From a virus (taxonomy: Duplodnaviria; Caudoviricetes): a DNA stretch of 48,239 nucleotides. The notes under the pieces are model-generated. The model was not told where the DNA came from. It did no database searches and saw only the letters and a program-made list of their open reading frames with translations. A program made the translations under genes and the position numbers. Position 1 is the first letter of the stretch, and each line of letters begins with the position of its first letter. Below, piece after piece: positions 27,605-36,765 of the stretch. The stretch spans positions 1 through 48,239 of the IMG/VR virus record IMGVR_UViG_3300020478_001108; one strand, given 5' to 3'.

Positions 27605-28252
27605 TTAAACAAAAGTATTTCCCTCGATAACAAATACTATTGTGTATCTATCTGCCCCACTAAATTTTAAAACACGATGTGAAGCAAAAGATGGAAACAT
27701 AAGTAGTCTTCCAGTTTTTGGTTTAACTTTTCCTTGTATAATTTCAAGTTCCCCACCATCGAAGTCATCATTTAAAAATAATAATCCTGTCAACTTAAAT
27801 GTTGTATCCATATTTCCATCAACACCATTTGCAAAATCTGAATGATGTCCCCCATCTGGATGTTCTCCTTCATTATAATACAATCCTATTGCACTTCTAA
27901 GTCCATCTATATCATACTTCCAATAAACTTGATTGGCTACTTTCATAGTAGTCCACACTTTATCGACTAACCATTGAAACTCTGTCTCATCTCCTTTGTC
28001 GTATAATGAAACATTACTTTTTTTATTATCATAGTATTTATTCCAAAGTGATTTATTTTGTTTATTTCTTTTTGAATCAACAACCACATTACAACTTTCA
28101 TAAATATGTTCTTTCAAAAGTTCACATTCTTCTTCTGTTAAAAAATCATCTTTAATAAGACTCCATCTAAAATTTGTATTCTTTTTTAAATGTTGTGAAC
28201 CCTGGTTGACATAAATAGAATCTTTACCATGAGTCTGTTTTACTTTAGACAA
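27605..28252 (-). CDS. 2OG-Fe(II) oxygenase
   Basis: HSD, LFLNDDFDGGEL, FPS..SHRV, RY; probable TTG start at 28252 (ORF track 28285). Confidence 0.85.
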   Translation of the reverse strand: MSKVKQTHGKDSIYVNQGSQHLKKNTNFRWSLIKDDFLTEEECELLKEHIYESCNVVVDSKRNKQNKSLWNKYYDNKKSNVSLYDKGDETEFQWLVDKVWTTMKVANQVYWKYDIDGLRSAIGLYYNEGEHPDGGHHSDFANGVDGNMDTTFKLTGLLFLNDDFDGGELEIIQGKVKPKTGRLLMFPSFASHRVLKFSGADRYTIVFVIEGNTFV

Positions 28253-28880
28253 AATGGTCGCCTGTAAATAATTCTTGTAACACATATCGTTTACCCTTTG
28301 TTACAGGTTTTACTCTATGTGATGTGAATGCTGGAAAGAATGTTATTGAACCTTTTTTCTTTTCCATCTCATACCATTTTTTATCTTTATCTTGAAATCC
28401 AAACTGAACTTCTCCACCCTCATATTCACTTGGGTCTGTTAATTGAACTATTGCAACTAATTTTCTTAAAGAACATATACCTGGATTAAAATCTGCATGC
28501 CATGTGTAATGTCCACCCTTATCATACTCAATCATTTTTAGTTCACCATCAGTATCTTTAATATCAAAATGAAATACTTTATCATTAACTACATTCATCA
28601 TCATTTCTATTTTTTTAGATAACCATGTCCAATTACCATTTGGATAATCTGGTCTAAATTCATTTTCTAATTGTGGTAATAAATAATATTCTTTTGTAGT
28701 TCTAACCTCTGGCATTATTTGATTCTCTAATGGTTTACCATCTTCATCTTCTGAAGCAACACAACCTATTACATTTGTTTCTTGTGATTTAATTTGTTCT
28801 ACAAGTTCATCACACTTTTCATCTGTTAAAAAGTTTGGTATCTGTATTGACCATTTAAAATCGTTATTTTGTTTATACAA
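28245..28880 (-). CDS. 2OG-Fe(II) oxygenase (PKHD/prolyl-hydroxylase-like)
   Basis: WHAD, RKL, YEGG, HRVKPVTKGKRY. Confidence 0.9.
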   Translation of the reverse strand: MYKQNNDFKWSIQIPNFLTDEKCDELVEQIKSQETNVIGCVASEDEDGKPLENQIMPEVRTTKEYYLLPQLENEFRPDYPNGNWTWLSKKIEMMMNVVNDKVFHFDIKDTDGELKMIEYDKGGHYTWHADFNPGICSLRKLVAIVQLTDPSEYEGGEVQFGFQDKDKKWYEMEKKKGSITFFPAFTSHRVKPVTKGKRYVLQELFTGDHFV

Positions 28881-29442
28881 AAGTATCTCCTTCCATCCAG
28901 GTAATTATTGAATATCTTGTTCCTTTAGTTATTGGTGCAACTCTATGTGATAAAAAAGATGGAAATACTAATAAACAACCTTTACCTCTATTTCCCTTTA
29001 CTAAATCATCACCTTCACTATTTGTAATACCAAATTCAAAATCACCACCCTCATAATCTTTATCATCACTCAACTGAATGATTGCAGTAAGTTTTCTCAT
29101 AGAACACTCATGTCTACCATAATCTGTATGCCAATTATAAGTTCCACCTATTCCATACTTTAAGAACCTAAGTGTATCTATACTTTCTATATCATATCTA
29201 AAGTAATTTATATTTGCAACTTTAATTGCTGAATTTATTTTATTGAATAAGTTTTCATCAAAGAAATCAACATTTAGAGTTTGTCTTACATTGGTGTTAA
29301 GGACTGGTTCTTTGTATTCACCAGCCAATTTACCTTCTGTTAATTCTTCTGTATCGAGTTCTTTGATTATTTTATCACAATCTGAATCACTTAGAAAATT
29401 TTCTTTGAATACTACAAACTGAAACCTATCATTTTTTTTCAT
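28873..29442 (-). CDS. 2OG-Fe(II) oxygenase (PKHD/prolyl-hydroxylase-like)
   Basis: WHTD, RKL, YEGG, HRVAPITKGTRY. Confidence 0.9.
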   Translation of the reverse strand: MKKNDRFQFVVFKENFLSDSDCDKIIKELDTEELTEGKLAGEYKEPVLNTNVRQTLNVDFFDENLFNKINSAIKVANINYFRYDIESIDTLRFLKYGIGGTYNWHTDYGRHECSMRKLTAIIQLSDDKDYEGGDFEFGITNSEGDDLVKGNRGKGCLLVFPSFLSHRVAPITKGTRYSIITWMEGDTFV

Positions 29443-29450
29443 GTATCCTC

Positions 29451-30866
29451 TTAAAATTTCTTTGGTATATTGTGAACCAAAATATCACTTTGAAAGTATG
29501 TGTCAATATCCTCAACATCTAATGAATAAAACATTGTATTACCAGTAGTTAAACTTATAGAATCAATGTTTACCTCTGAACCATCTTTATCCAACAATTT
29601 ATTACCTACACTTAATGTTGCTGGTTGTGACCATGACCATGTTCCTATCTTTTTTGAAAATACCATTGAATTATTCATAATTTCACTTTCAACACTTGGT
29701 ATTTTTATACTACCATTTATTAAATAATATTCATCAAAACTTTCATTAATAATTCCAGTTACAACTGAACCACTCATAGTTCCAGTTAAACTTCCTGTAG
29801 TATATGAAAGTGAATCCATATCTTGTAAACTCATATTAGTAGGCCAATAAGATTTTACTACATCACCAACTTCTACATCTTGAATCTGTTTTGTAGAATT
29901 ATCATACATACGAATTAAACTACCACTTGCAGTAGAAAGACCAACTGGTTTTATACTCCAAGTATCATTACCATTATCAATTAATTTAGAATATGGATGT
30001 TTAGTTTTTTGTCTTAATTTTGTATGACCAAATGGTGTTATCATATAAGTGTGTTCATCATGTTGTAAATTAGTGCTTCCACTTGTAACTATAAAATTCT
30101 CAACTATATCACCGTCTTTACTTGCTGATAAAATAGAATTAACAACAACTGAATTACTTGAATTCCAATTGTATAACCTATAGTTATTTCCTAAACCACC
30201 ATCTTTTGTTCCACCTTTAATAATAAAATCAGGTTTGCCTGTATTTGTATCGGCTGATGATGTATTAAATAATGGAATTAAACTTGAACTAACTGGTGAT
30301 TCACCTAAAATACTTCTAAATGCTGTTTTTGTAAAAGAACCCGTAACCATAGTTTTTAAATTATCATTACTATACCAAGGCGATTGCATAAAGAAATGAA
30401 AACTTCCTGATTGATTTTCATGACCTCTATGTTGATAATAAGTATGTCCTACAGAATCGTTATACTCAAAAGTAACTGGTATATTATGTCGGGCAAAACT
30501 TGAACTTATTAATGTTTGGTCATAATCTGATGGATTCTTTTTTGCTTGAGTAGTTTCATCTACACCATTAACATATACATTAATATATCCACTACCACTA
30601 ACCCAATCAGAAAGTGTATTGAATACAGAAGTTCTATCTGATGTAGTTCCTGTTATTCCCACATTAGTGTTCATTTCACCGATGTAAATATCATTAGAAC
30701 CAGTTTCAGTATAGACATCAAAATTTGCTAATATACCACAATGGGCGAATGTAGGCCAAGCCTCTTCCCAAGTACCAAGATATGTGTTACCATCGGCATC
30801 TTTTAAGCTGGCGGAACTGCCAGTAATGTAATTTATTAAACTTACTATTCTTGTATCAGCACTCAT
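29451..30866 (-). CDS. Circularly permuted ATP-grasp-like domain fused to a C-terminal Hint domain
   Basis: N-terminal NFD...IYIGEMNTNVG precedes PDFIIKG..DGG.G...IVENFI; Hint from S311 (STASGSLIRMYDNSTKQIQDVEVGD) to YSLDVEDIDTYF..ILVHN466. Confidence 0.65.
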   Translation of the reverse strand: MSADTRIVSLINYITGSSASLKDADGNTYLGTWEEAWPTFAHCGILANFDVYTETGSNDIYIGEMNTNVGITGTTSDRTSVFNTLSDWVSGSGYINVYVNGVDETTQAKKNPSDYDQTLISSSFARHNIPVTFEYNDSVGHTYYQHRGHENQSGSFHFFMQSPWYSNDNLKTMVTGSFTKTAFRSILGESPVSSSLIPLFNTSSADTNTGKPDFIIKGGTKDGGLGNNYRLYNWNSSNSVVVNSILSASKDGDIVENFIVTSGSTNLQHDEHTYMITPFGHTKLRQKTKHPYSKLIDNGNDTWSIKPVGLSTASGSLIRMYDNSTKQIQDVEVGDVVKSYWPTNMSLQDMDSLSYTTGSLTGTMSGSVVTGIINESFDEYYLINGSIKIPSVESEIMNNSMVFSKKIGTWSWSQPATLSVGNKLLDKDGSEVNIDSISLTTGNTMFYSLDVEDIDTYFQSDILVHNIPKKF

Positions 30867-30894
30867 TAATTTTTCCTAATTATATAAATAAATA

Positions 30895-31365
30895 TCAAAT
30901 ACTCTCGATTTCAGTAAAGATATTTTCTTTCATAACTGATTTTGCTGGTGTGTTCCAATTCTCTAACATAATTGTGGCGTTCTTATATCCTCGTTTAACA
31001 ACTTCATTACACCTTAACCATACTAAATCACTACCTATTCCCTTATTTCTATGTTCTGGTATTACATAACGATTACATAAATAAGGATACTTCCTATTCC
31101 AATCAATAAAACACCAACCACCCTCAACTAAATAAAATGTCCATCCATCTTTTAATCTATCTCGTAAATCTACGAGTGTCCACATTTCTGCAACCAATCC
31201 AGTTCTCTTAACATTCCAATCATTTCCAAAAGAATCTTTAAATTTATCTAATTCCTCAGAAAGTATTTCGATTTGTGCCCATTTAATATCATTGTAGTTT
31301 GTAAACTCTTGATACTTAGGAACTTCTCGTGGTTCGTAATTACTTAAATCTATTTTGTAATACAT
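30895..31365 (-). CDS. GNAT-family acetyltransferase
   Basis: YVIPEHRNKGIGSDL (motif A), N.PA (motif B). Confidence 0.8.
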   Translation of the reverse strand: MYYKIDLSNYEPREVPKYQEFTNYNDIKWAQIEILSEELDKFKDSFGNDWNVKRTGLVAEMWTLVDLRDRLKDGWTFYLVEGGWCFIDWNRKYPYLCNRYVIPEHRNKGIGSDLVWLRCNEVVKRGYKNATIMLENWNTPAKSVMKENIFTEIESI

Positions 31366-32032
31366 TTTTTAAATCCTTTGAATATTTTTTATGTGATTCT
31401 GGTCCTGGATGTAAATTATCAGTAGCCTTATCAGTCTTGTGGAAAAACACATCTACTTTATCAATTGGAACATCTTCATCCCAAGTTCCCCAAATGATTT
31501 TATCACGACCTATAGTTCTATTTAGTAATTCATAATTGTGTAAAAAATTATAATAACCATTATACTCATTTATATCGGTCTGTTCTTTTACCTGCCACGC
31601 CCTTAATGCCACTCCATCATCATCAAACCAAACTCTTCTCGTAAGATGTGGTATTGTTATTATAAATATTTGTCTTGTTGAATTTGGTATATAAACTTCT
31701 GAAAGAGTTTTTACTGCAAAATCTAAACCTGTTCCACCTGCTCCATAATTATAAACTGCCGTATTCTTATCACCTAACAAATGTGTAAAGGTTTGTTCTT
31801 GTGGTAAATCCCAACCATAAGTCCAACTACAACCAAATGTATAGATTTGATATTTTGCGTTTTCATCATTGTAGATTGGGTCGTGTTGTCTACCACCTTC
31901 TAACTTACCAGCATTATTTTCATAGATATTTAAACCCTGTCTACTACCATCTTCTAAAACTCTATGATTATCGTAATAAAAAGTTTCTACTCGTGATACA
32001 ACATCATTATAATTATTTTTCGATTGGCTCAA
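31340..32032 (-). CDS. SGNH/GDSL-like hydrolase
   Basis: FGCSWTYG, NYGAGG, DNLHPG. Confidence 0.7.
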   Translation of the reverse strand: MSQSKNNYNDVVSRVETFYYDNHRVLEDGSRQGLNIYENNAGKLEGGRQHDPIYNDENAKYQIYTFGCSWTYGWDLPQEQTFTHLLGDKNTAVYNYGAGGTGLDFAVKTLSEVYIPNSTRQIFIITIPHLTRRVWFDDDGVALRAWQVKEQTDINEYNGYYNFLHNYELLNRTIGRDKIIWGTWDEDVPIDKVDVFFHKTDKATDNLHPGPESHKKYSKDLKNVLQNRFK

Positions 32033-32267
32033 TTCCAGTTCCCTTTAACATCTCTCTTGGAACTTGTCCACAATTACCACAACTATAAACATCAATTGGC
32101 ATTAATCCCTCTTGTCCATTTGGACTCATAATTGCCGATATCTTTTTTATAATCGTAGATTGGATGAATAAATAATTCCCACAAGCCTCACAATTCATTG
32201 TGCTCGCTTTACTTAAATCCAATTGTTGTTTAGGTTCTTGAAACTTCCTTTGTGGTTTCGTACTCAT
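32013..32267 (-). CDS. Small zinc-ribbon protein
   Basis: CEACG...CGNCG. Confidence 0.7.
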   Translation of the reverse strand: MSTKPQRKFQEPKQQLDLSKASTMNCEACGNYLFIQSTIIKKISAIMSPNGQEGLMPIDVYSCGNCGQVPREMLKGTGIEPIEK

Positions 32268-33052
32268 TTTAACTCCTTAATATTAATCGTAGCCACACCA
32301 TGTTTTTGAACTACATTTGTAGTGCATTCTTGGGCAAACTTTATAGCAGTATTTATATTACCATTCGTTAAATACCCATGAACTAACCCAGCTAAAAATG
32401 TATCTCCTGCACCACTCACATCTTTTACTGGAACTTCTTTTACTGGAAAATCCTTTCCATTATATCTACAACCTTTACTACCCAATGTAACTATTAATTT
32501 ATCTTCAAATCCTTTATCCTCAAAATAATCATGATTCTTTTTATACTCTAATTCATTAATTTTTATATAATCTGCATCTTTAATCCAAGAACCAAGTTTC
32601 TTTTTTGTATCTACAAATACATTTTTATTGTATTTACATATGTGTTGTATATCACTTTCTTCTAAAAATCCTTTACAATAATCTGATATAATAATTGCAT
32701 CAACATTTTCTATTGTTCCACCTAAACCATAATATGTAAATTGATTATTCATAATACTTTGTAAATCTTTAATATTAATTCTTTTACATTTATCATTATC
32801 ATCAACTCTCAAAACCATCTGTCCACTACGATTATCTACATATCTTGTTTTTGTTATACCATTATCATTTGTTAGTGTATGAACAGTCATTTCTAATCCT
32901 TCTACATTATTAGAAACATTACGAGCCATACCATCATTCTTTTCTGTATGTGTTGGTTTAAAAACTGGAATAGGTGCTTCTGGACTTATTCTATCTATAT
33001 CACCATACACAAAAATATCTTGACAACTATCTCCTACTACTACTATATTCAT
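32264..33052 (-). CDS. rfaE: PfkB-family sugar kinase, HldE/RfaE kinase-domain-like
   Basis: RISPEAPIPV, ISDYCKG, DVSGAGDTF. Confidence 0.8.
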   Translation of the reverse strand: MNIVVVGDSCQDIFVYGDIDRISPEAPIPVFKPTHTEKNDGMARNVSNNVEGLEMTVHTLTNDNGITKTRYVDNRSGQMVLRVDDNDKCKRINIKDLQSIMNNQFTYYGLGGTIENVDAIIISDYCKGFLEESDIQHICKYNKNVFVDTKKKLGSWIKDADYIKINELEYKKNHDYFEDKGFEDKLIVTLGSKGCRYNGKDFPVKEVPVKDVSGAGDTFLAGLVHGYLTNGNINTAIKFAQECTTNVVQKHGVATINIKELK

Positions 33053-33055
33053 TTC

Positions 33056-33802
33056 TCACTCCATTTTTCCTTCGTGAAAATCATCAGCAAAATGTTTAGT
33101 TTCTGGTAAAAAATAAGTTACTAAATATTCCGCTAAATCTTTATGTCCTTTTTCCGTTGGATGCATTTTATTATCAACTAAATCTCTAATTACCTTTGTA
33201 TCCAAAAATGAATTTGGTAACCTATTCATTTCATGATTCAATAGTGGATACTTACTATTTAAATTATTTCCATCCCAATTCATATTATCCATACCTATTG
33301 GTAAAAATTGTATTACCTTACAATTAAATCTTTTACATAATGCATCTACACTCCAAATAGAACTTAGTAATTTAAGATTAGAAACTTCCTCATTATAATA
33401 TTTTGTATAATACTCCTTAGCATATGAAATACATTCATTATCATTATCACTTGATATTTGAGTAGGAACTACACCTCTAAACATTTGTTTTTTTTCACTC
33501 CAATATTCCGTTCTATGTGGAAATGTCCATTGAATTACATAATTACTTGGATTATTCTTTATTATATGATTAAAAAATGTTCTAAAGATTCTATCATTAC
33601 TTATACCACTCCAGCCTTTATTATCAACTGAACAATCAAGTATATTACCCATTATATATGGATAACTTTTTTTAGATGGTTTATGATATTTTAATTTTAA
33701 TGGATTATAATTTCTTTTATCATTCTTATCGTTATACCATTCTGGTAAATCATCTAACTCTTCGCCAAATGTAAAACTACAACCAAATGTAATTAACTTC
33801 AT
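33056..33802 (-). CDS. SGNH/GDSL-like hydrolase
   Basis: FGCSFTFG, NKGWSGISN, MHPTEKGH. Confidence 0.7.
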   Translation of the reverse strand: MKLITFGCSFTFGEELDDLPEWYNDKNDKRNYNPLKLKYHKPSKKSYPYIMGNILDCSVDNKGWSGISNDRIFRTFFNHIIKNNPSNYVIQWTFPHRTEYWSEKKQMFRGVVPTQISSDNDNECISYAKEYYTKYYNEEVSNLKLLSSIWSVDALCKRFNCKVIQFLPIGMDNMNWDGNNLNSKYPLLNHEMNRLPNSFLDTKVIRDLVDNKMHPTEKGHKDLAEYLVTYFLPETKHFADDFHEGKME

Positions 33803-34722
33803 TTTATCTTACCAATAATCTCTATAAACATAGCCATAATATTAATTTCTTTATCAACCACAATTGAATCAGATTGTTGATATTGTGAAAGAATTAATAT
33901 ACATTCTGCAACATTACCTCTACCCCAATCATCGACTGTATCAAATAACAATCTGAACAAATCACTAAAATCTGTTACTTTGGAATCGGCAAGTAATTGT
34001 CGAATGTTTTTAAAACTATTCTTTTTATCTTGTGTTTTTAATATTTCTAAAACTTCTAACTTGTAATCGTTTTGAATACTCATTCCCTCATCAATAACAA
34101 GTTTACCATCTACTACCTGTCGTTGTGCGGCATTAATTACTCTTCTGATATCTGGATAACCACCATTAACTATAGTTACAATATCATTGATATCTGATTC
34201 CACTTGTTCCTTAGTTAGAATATTACCTAAATGAACTGCAACTTGTTTTCTATCTGGTGGTATAATCTGAAATGATTGACACCTACTTTGAATCGGGTCA
34301 ATGATTCTCTCTACAAAATTACAAGTTAAGATAAACCTACAATGTTTACTAAATGTTTCCATTAGGTTTCTTAATGCAGCTTGAGCGTTTGGTGTGATGT
34401 AATCACACTCATCCAAGATAATAACTTTCATATCTTGGAATCCAAGTGTTGAGGCAAAGTTCTTAACTTTATCTCTAACTACTTCAACACTATTCTCATC
34501 TGAAGCATTAATATATAGATAATCACAATCTATATTGTTAACGAGTAATTTAGCGAGAGTGGTTTTACCTGTACCAGCCCGTCCGTATAGTAAAAGGTGT
34601 GGTAAATCTCCACTCTCGATGTATAACTTAACTTTACTTCGTAAATGTTCATTTCCGATGTAAGAGTCAAGTGTTGACGGCCGATACTTTTCTACCCATA
34701 AAGTATTTTTAATTTCTTCCAT
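33799..34722 (-). CDS. Clamp loader large subunit (T4 gp44/RFC-like AAA+ ATPase)
   Basis: WVEKYRP, GRAGTGKT, INASDE, LDECD, SRC motif; probable start 34722 via TAATG. Confidence 0.92.
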   Translation of the reverse strand: MEEIKNTLWVEKYRPSTLDSYIGNEHLRSKVKLYIESGDLPHLLLYGRAGTGKTTLAKLLVNNIDCDYLYINASDENSVEVVRDKVKNFASTLGFQDMKVIILDECDYITPNAQAALRNLMETFSKHCRFILTCNFVERIIDPIQSRCQSFQIIPPDRKQVAVHLGNILTKEQVESDINDIVTIVNGGYPDIRRVINAAQRQVVDGKLVIDEGMSIQNDYKLEVLEILKTQDKKNSFKNIRQLLADSKVTDFSDLFRLLFDTVDDWGRGNVAECILILSQYQQSDSIVVDKEINIMAMFIEIIGKIK

Positions 34723-35969
34723 TATAACTTTTTCCATATCCAAATTGGTTCACAAAATGTTTTCTCTTTAGTTTTTTCTGCAAGTTCTAATGATTCATCA
34801 GTAAACCTATCATCAGTTGCTGTTCCAGCTCCACCACTATTAGGTCTTTTAGCCATCTCCATTCCAATACAACCTTGATATTCTGAATCACTAAATGTTG
34901 ATAAGAAATCATTCATAGGATTACAAATCTCTAACCATTTCTTACCATGAGAATTTAATCTCTTTTGTTTTGCACCACTACTTGCGTAAACATCACTTAT
35001 GTTCACTAATAAATATCCACCACTCTTTACAGAACACCATAATTTTTTCAATGTTTTCTGTAAAAATTGTTCATTCCATTCATCAATAGTTTTATACCTA
35101 ACCCAACTCTGAGTATCATCATAACTATATCTTTCAACTCCAAAATATGGCGGTGATGTAAAGACAGTATCAAATACATTTTCATATTCATTGAAATTCA
35201 CATCCTCGGCTGGTGATTGTATAAAATCACAATCCTTATCTACTTCAAAAAACATATTCCTATGTGTATTATAGAAATCTTTTTGTTCCTTGTATATCGG
35301 ATGATTTTCTTTTCGTGGGTCTATTCCAAGATAATATTTACCTGTTTCACTACCATAGAATCCTGCCAACCTATCTCCCCAACCTGCACTAAAGTCTAAT
35401 ATGTTTTCACTACCTAACTTATCATATAATACTTTTGCCACATTTGGTTTAAACTGAGAACAAATATACTTTCTCAATCCAATCATTGTTCTAAAATACT
35501 TTCTATCAATTTTAGGTAACTTCAATGTGTAAGCGGCACCCATCAAACTTGTCATAAACTTTTTATTACTCCAAGTTCTTTCAGGTCCAGGTGCAATAGT
35601 TCCATCAACACTCCACCTATTCTTTTGTTGAAAGTAATTACTTGCGGAATTACCTGTATTTATTCTTCGGAAGTATTGTTGTTTACCTTGAAAAGATAAA
35701 TCATATCTATATTCAGAACCCTCTCTAGCAAACCATTCACCATCAACTAAAATTTCATTATGTCTCATACCCTTTAACTTCATTAAAGCTTTATAAGCAT
35801 CATTTTCCGAAATTTCGGCGTAAGGAATCTCATAAGTCATAGCCACTTGGGCTAAACTTTCTTTGACATCTTCTTTGTCAAAAGTATTCTTTATATAATC
35901 CCATTCATCTTCTTTGATTTCAAGATATGGTTTCATATCTAAGAATTTATCAAAGTAATCTAAATACAT
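34722..35969 (-). CDS. DNA amino-methyltransferase (SPPY; probably N4-cytosine)
   Basis: LDFSAGWGDR SAM-binding motif followed by FTSPPYF. Confidence 0.8.
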   Translation of the reverse strand: MYLDYFDKFLDMKPYLEIKEDEWDYIKNTFDKEDVKESLAQVAMTYEIPYAEISENDAYKALMKLKGMRHNEILVDGEWFAREGSEYRYDLSFQGKQQYFRRINTGNSASNYFQQKNRWSVDGTIAPGPERTWSNKKFMTSLMGAAYTLKLPKIDRKYFRTMIGLRKYICSQFKPNVAKVLYDKLGSENILDFSAGWGDRLAGFYGSETGKYYLGIDPRKENHPIYKEQKDFYNTHRNMFFEVDKDCDFIQSPAEDVNFNEYENVFDTVFTSPPYFGVERYSYDDTQSWVRYKTIDEWNEQFLQKTLKKLWCSVKSGGYLLVNISDVYASSGAKQKRLNSHGKKWLEICNPMNDFLSTFSDSEYQGCIGMEMAKRPNSGGAGTATDDRFTDESLELAEKTKEKTFCEPIWIWKKL

Positions 35970-36698
35970 CTAATTTACTTGTTGTGTCGCTACAAAATAA
36001 TATTCTGATTCATAATCATCTATATTAAAACTAATAGTTGCTATTCCTTGTGAACTAACTTTCAAAGTAGCCTTCTGACATTCTTTGTTTGCCTGTAATG
36101 CATTTGAAAACATTGTTGCATTAAAAGATATTGGTTCAATATCCTTATATTCAGTATGTTCAACTGGAAGTGTAACTCTATTAGTAGCCACATTACTATA
36201 TCCAATTACTAAACTAACCTTATCATTCTCTGTAAGAATAGTAAAAGTATCGGTATCTGGTAATGCAGATTTACCACTAATGAAAGTGTTAATAAAATAA
36301 GAATCAACTTGTAGTTCCAATTCAAAATCACTTGGTAAGTTTTTTAATTCAGGTGGTGTAGGTATAACAGATAAGTCACTCAACATATATTTAGTTTTAG
36401 TTCCTTGTGTATCTGACATATCCACACTAACAAATTTATCACCAATCTGTTGTAAATTAAAATCTACATCTTCACCTAAGATAGATAAAAGTGAAATAAA
36501 TTGTGTTGTATTGTAAACTCCAATTTCAGATGGTTCTACATCTGTAAAATTATTTAGTTTAACAGAACCAACAAGTGATTTATCTCCACTAATAAAACGA
36601 GTTGCAAGTGATTTACCATTACTAACCCATTTTACTGATTTAATTTCTCCACCTAATGTGTATTTGTTAATATACCTAAGAAGTGCTTGTTTATTCAT
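35970..36698 (-). CDS. Sliding clamp (T4 gp45-like)
   Basis: About 243 aa; EIGVYN...FISLL and YYFVA C-terminus; lies between the polymerase and clamp loader. Confidence 0.7.
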   Translation of the reverse strand: MNKQALLRYINKYTLGGEIKSVKWVSNGKSLATRFISGDKSLVGSVKLNNFTDVEPSEIGVYNTTQFISLLSILGEDVDFNLQQIGDKFVSVDMSDTQGTKTKYMLSDLSVIPTPPELKNLPSDFELELQVDSYFINTFISGKSALPDTDTFTILTENDKVSLVIGYSNVATNRVTLPVEHTEYKDIEPISFNATMFSNALQANKECQKATLKVSSQGIATISFNIDDYESEYYFVATQQVN

Positions 36699-36735
36699 AA
36701 CCATTTCCTCTATTTGTTAATTGTTAATTATCTCT

Positions 36736-36750
36736 ATATATACATATATA
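36736..36750. promoter_or_regulatory. Dyad motif TATATA-TG-TATATA, copy 3
   Basis: 17-mer ctatatatacatatata (36734-36750) is identical to 533-549. Confidence 0.45.
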
Positions 36751-36765
36751 CGAGAATTCTCAAAA

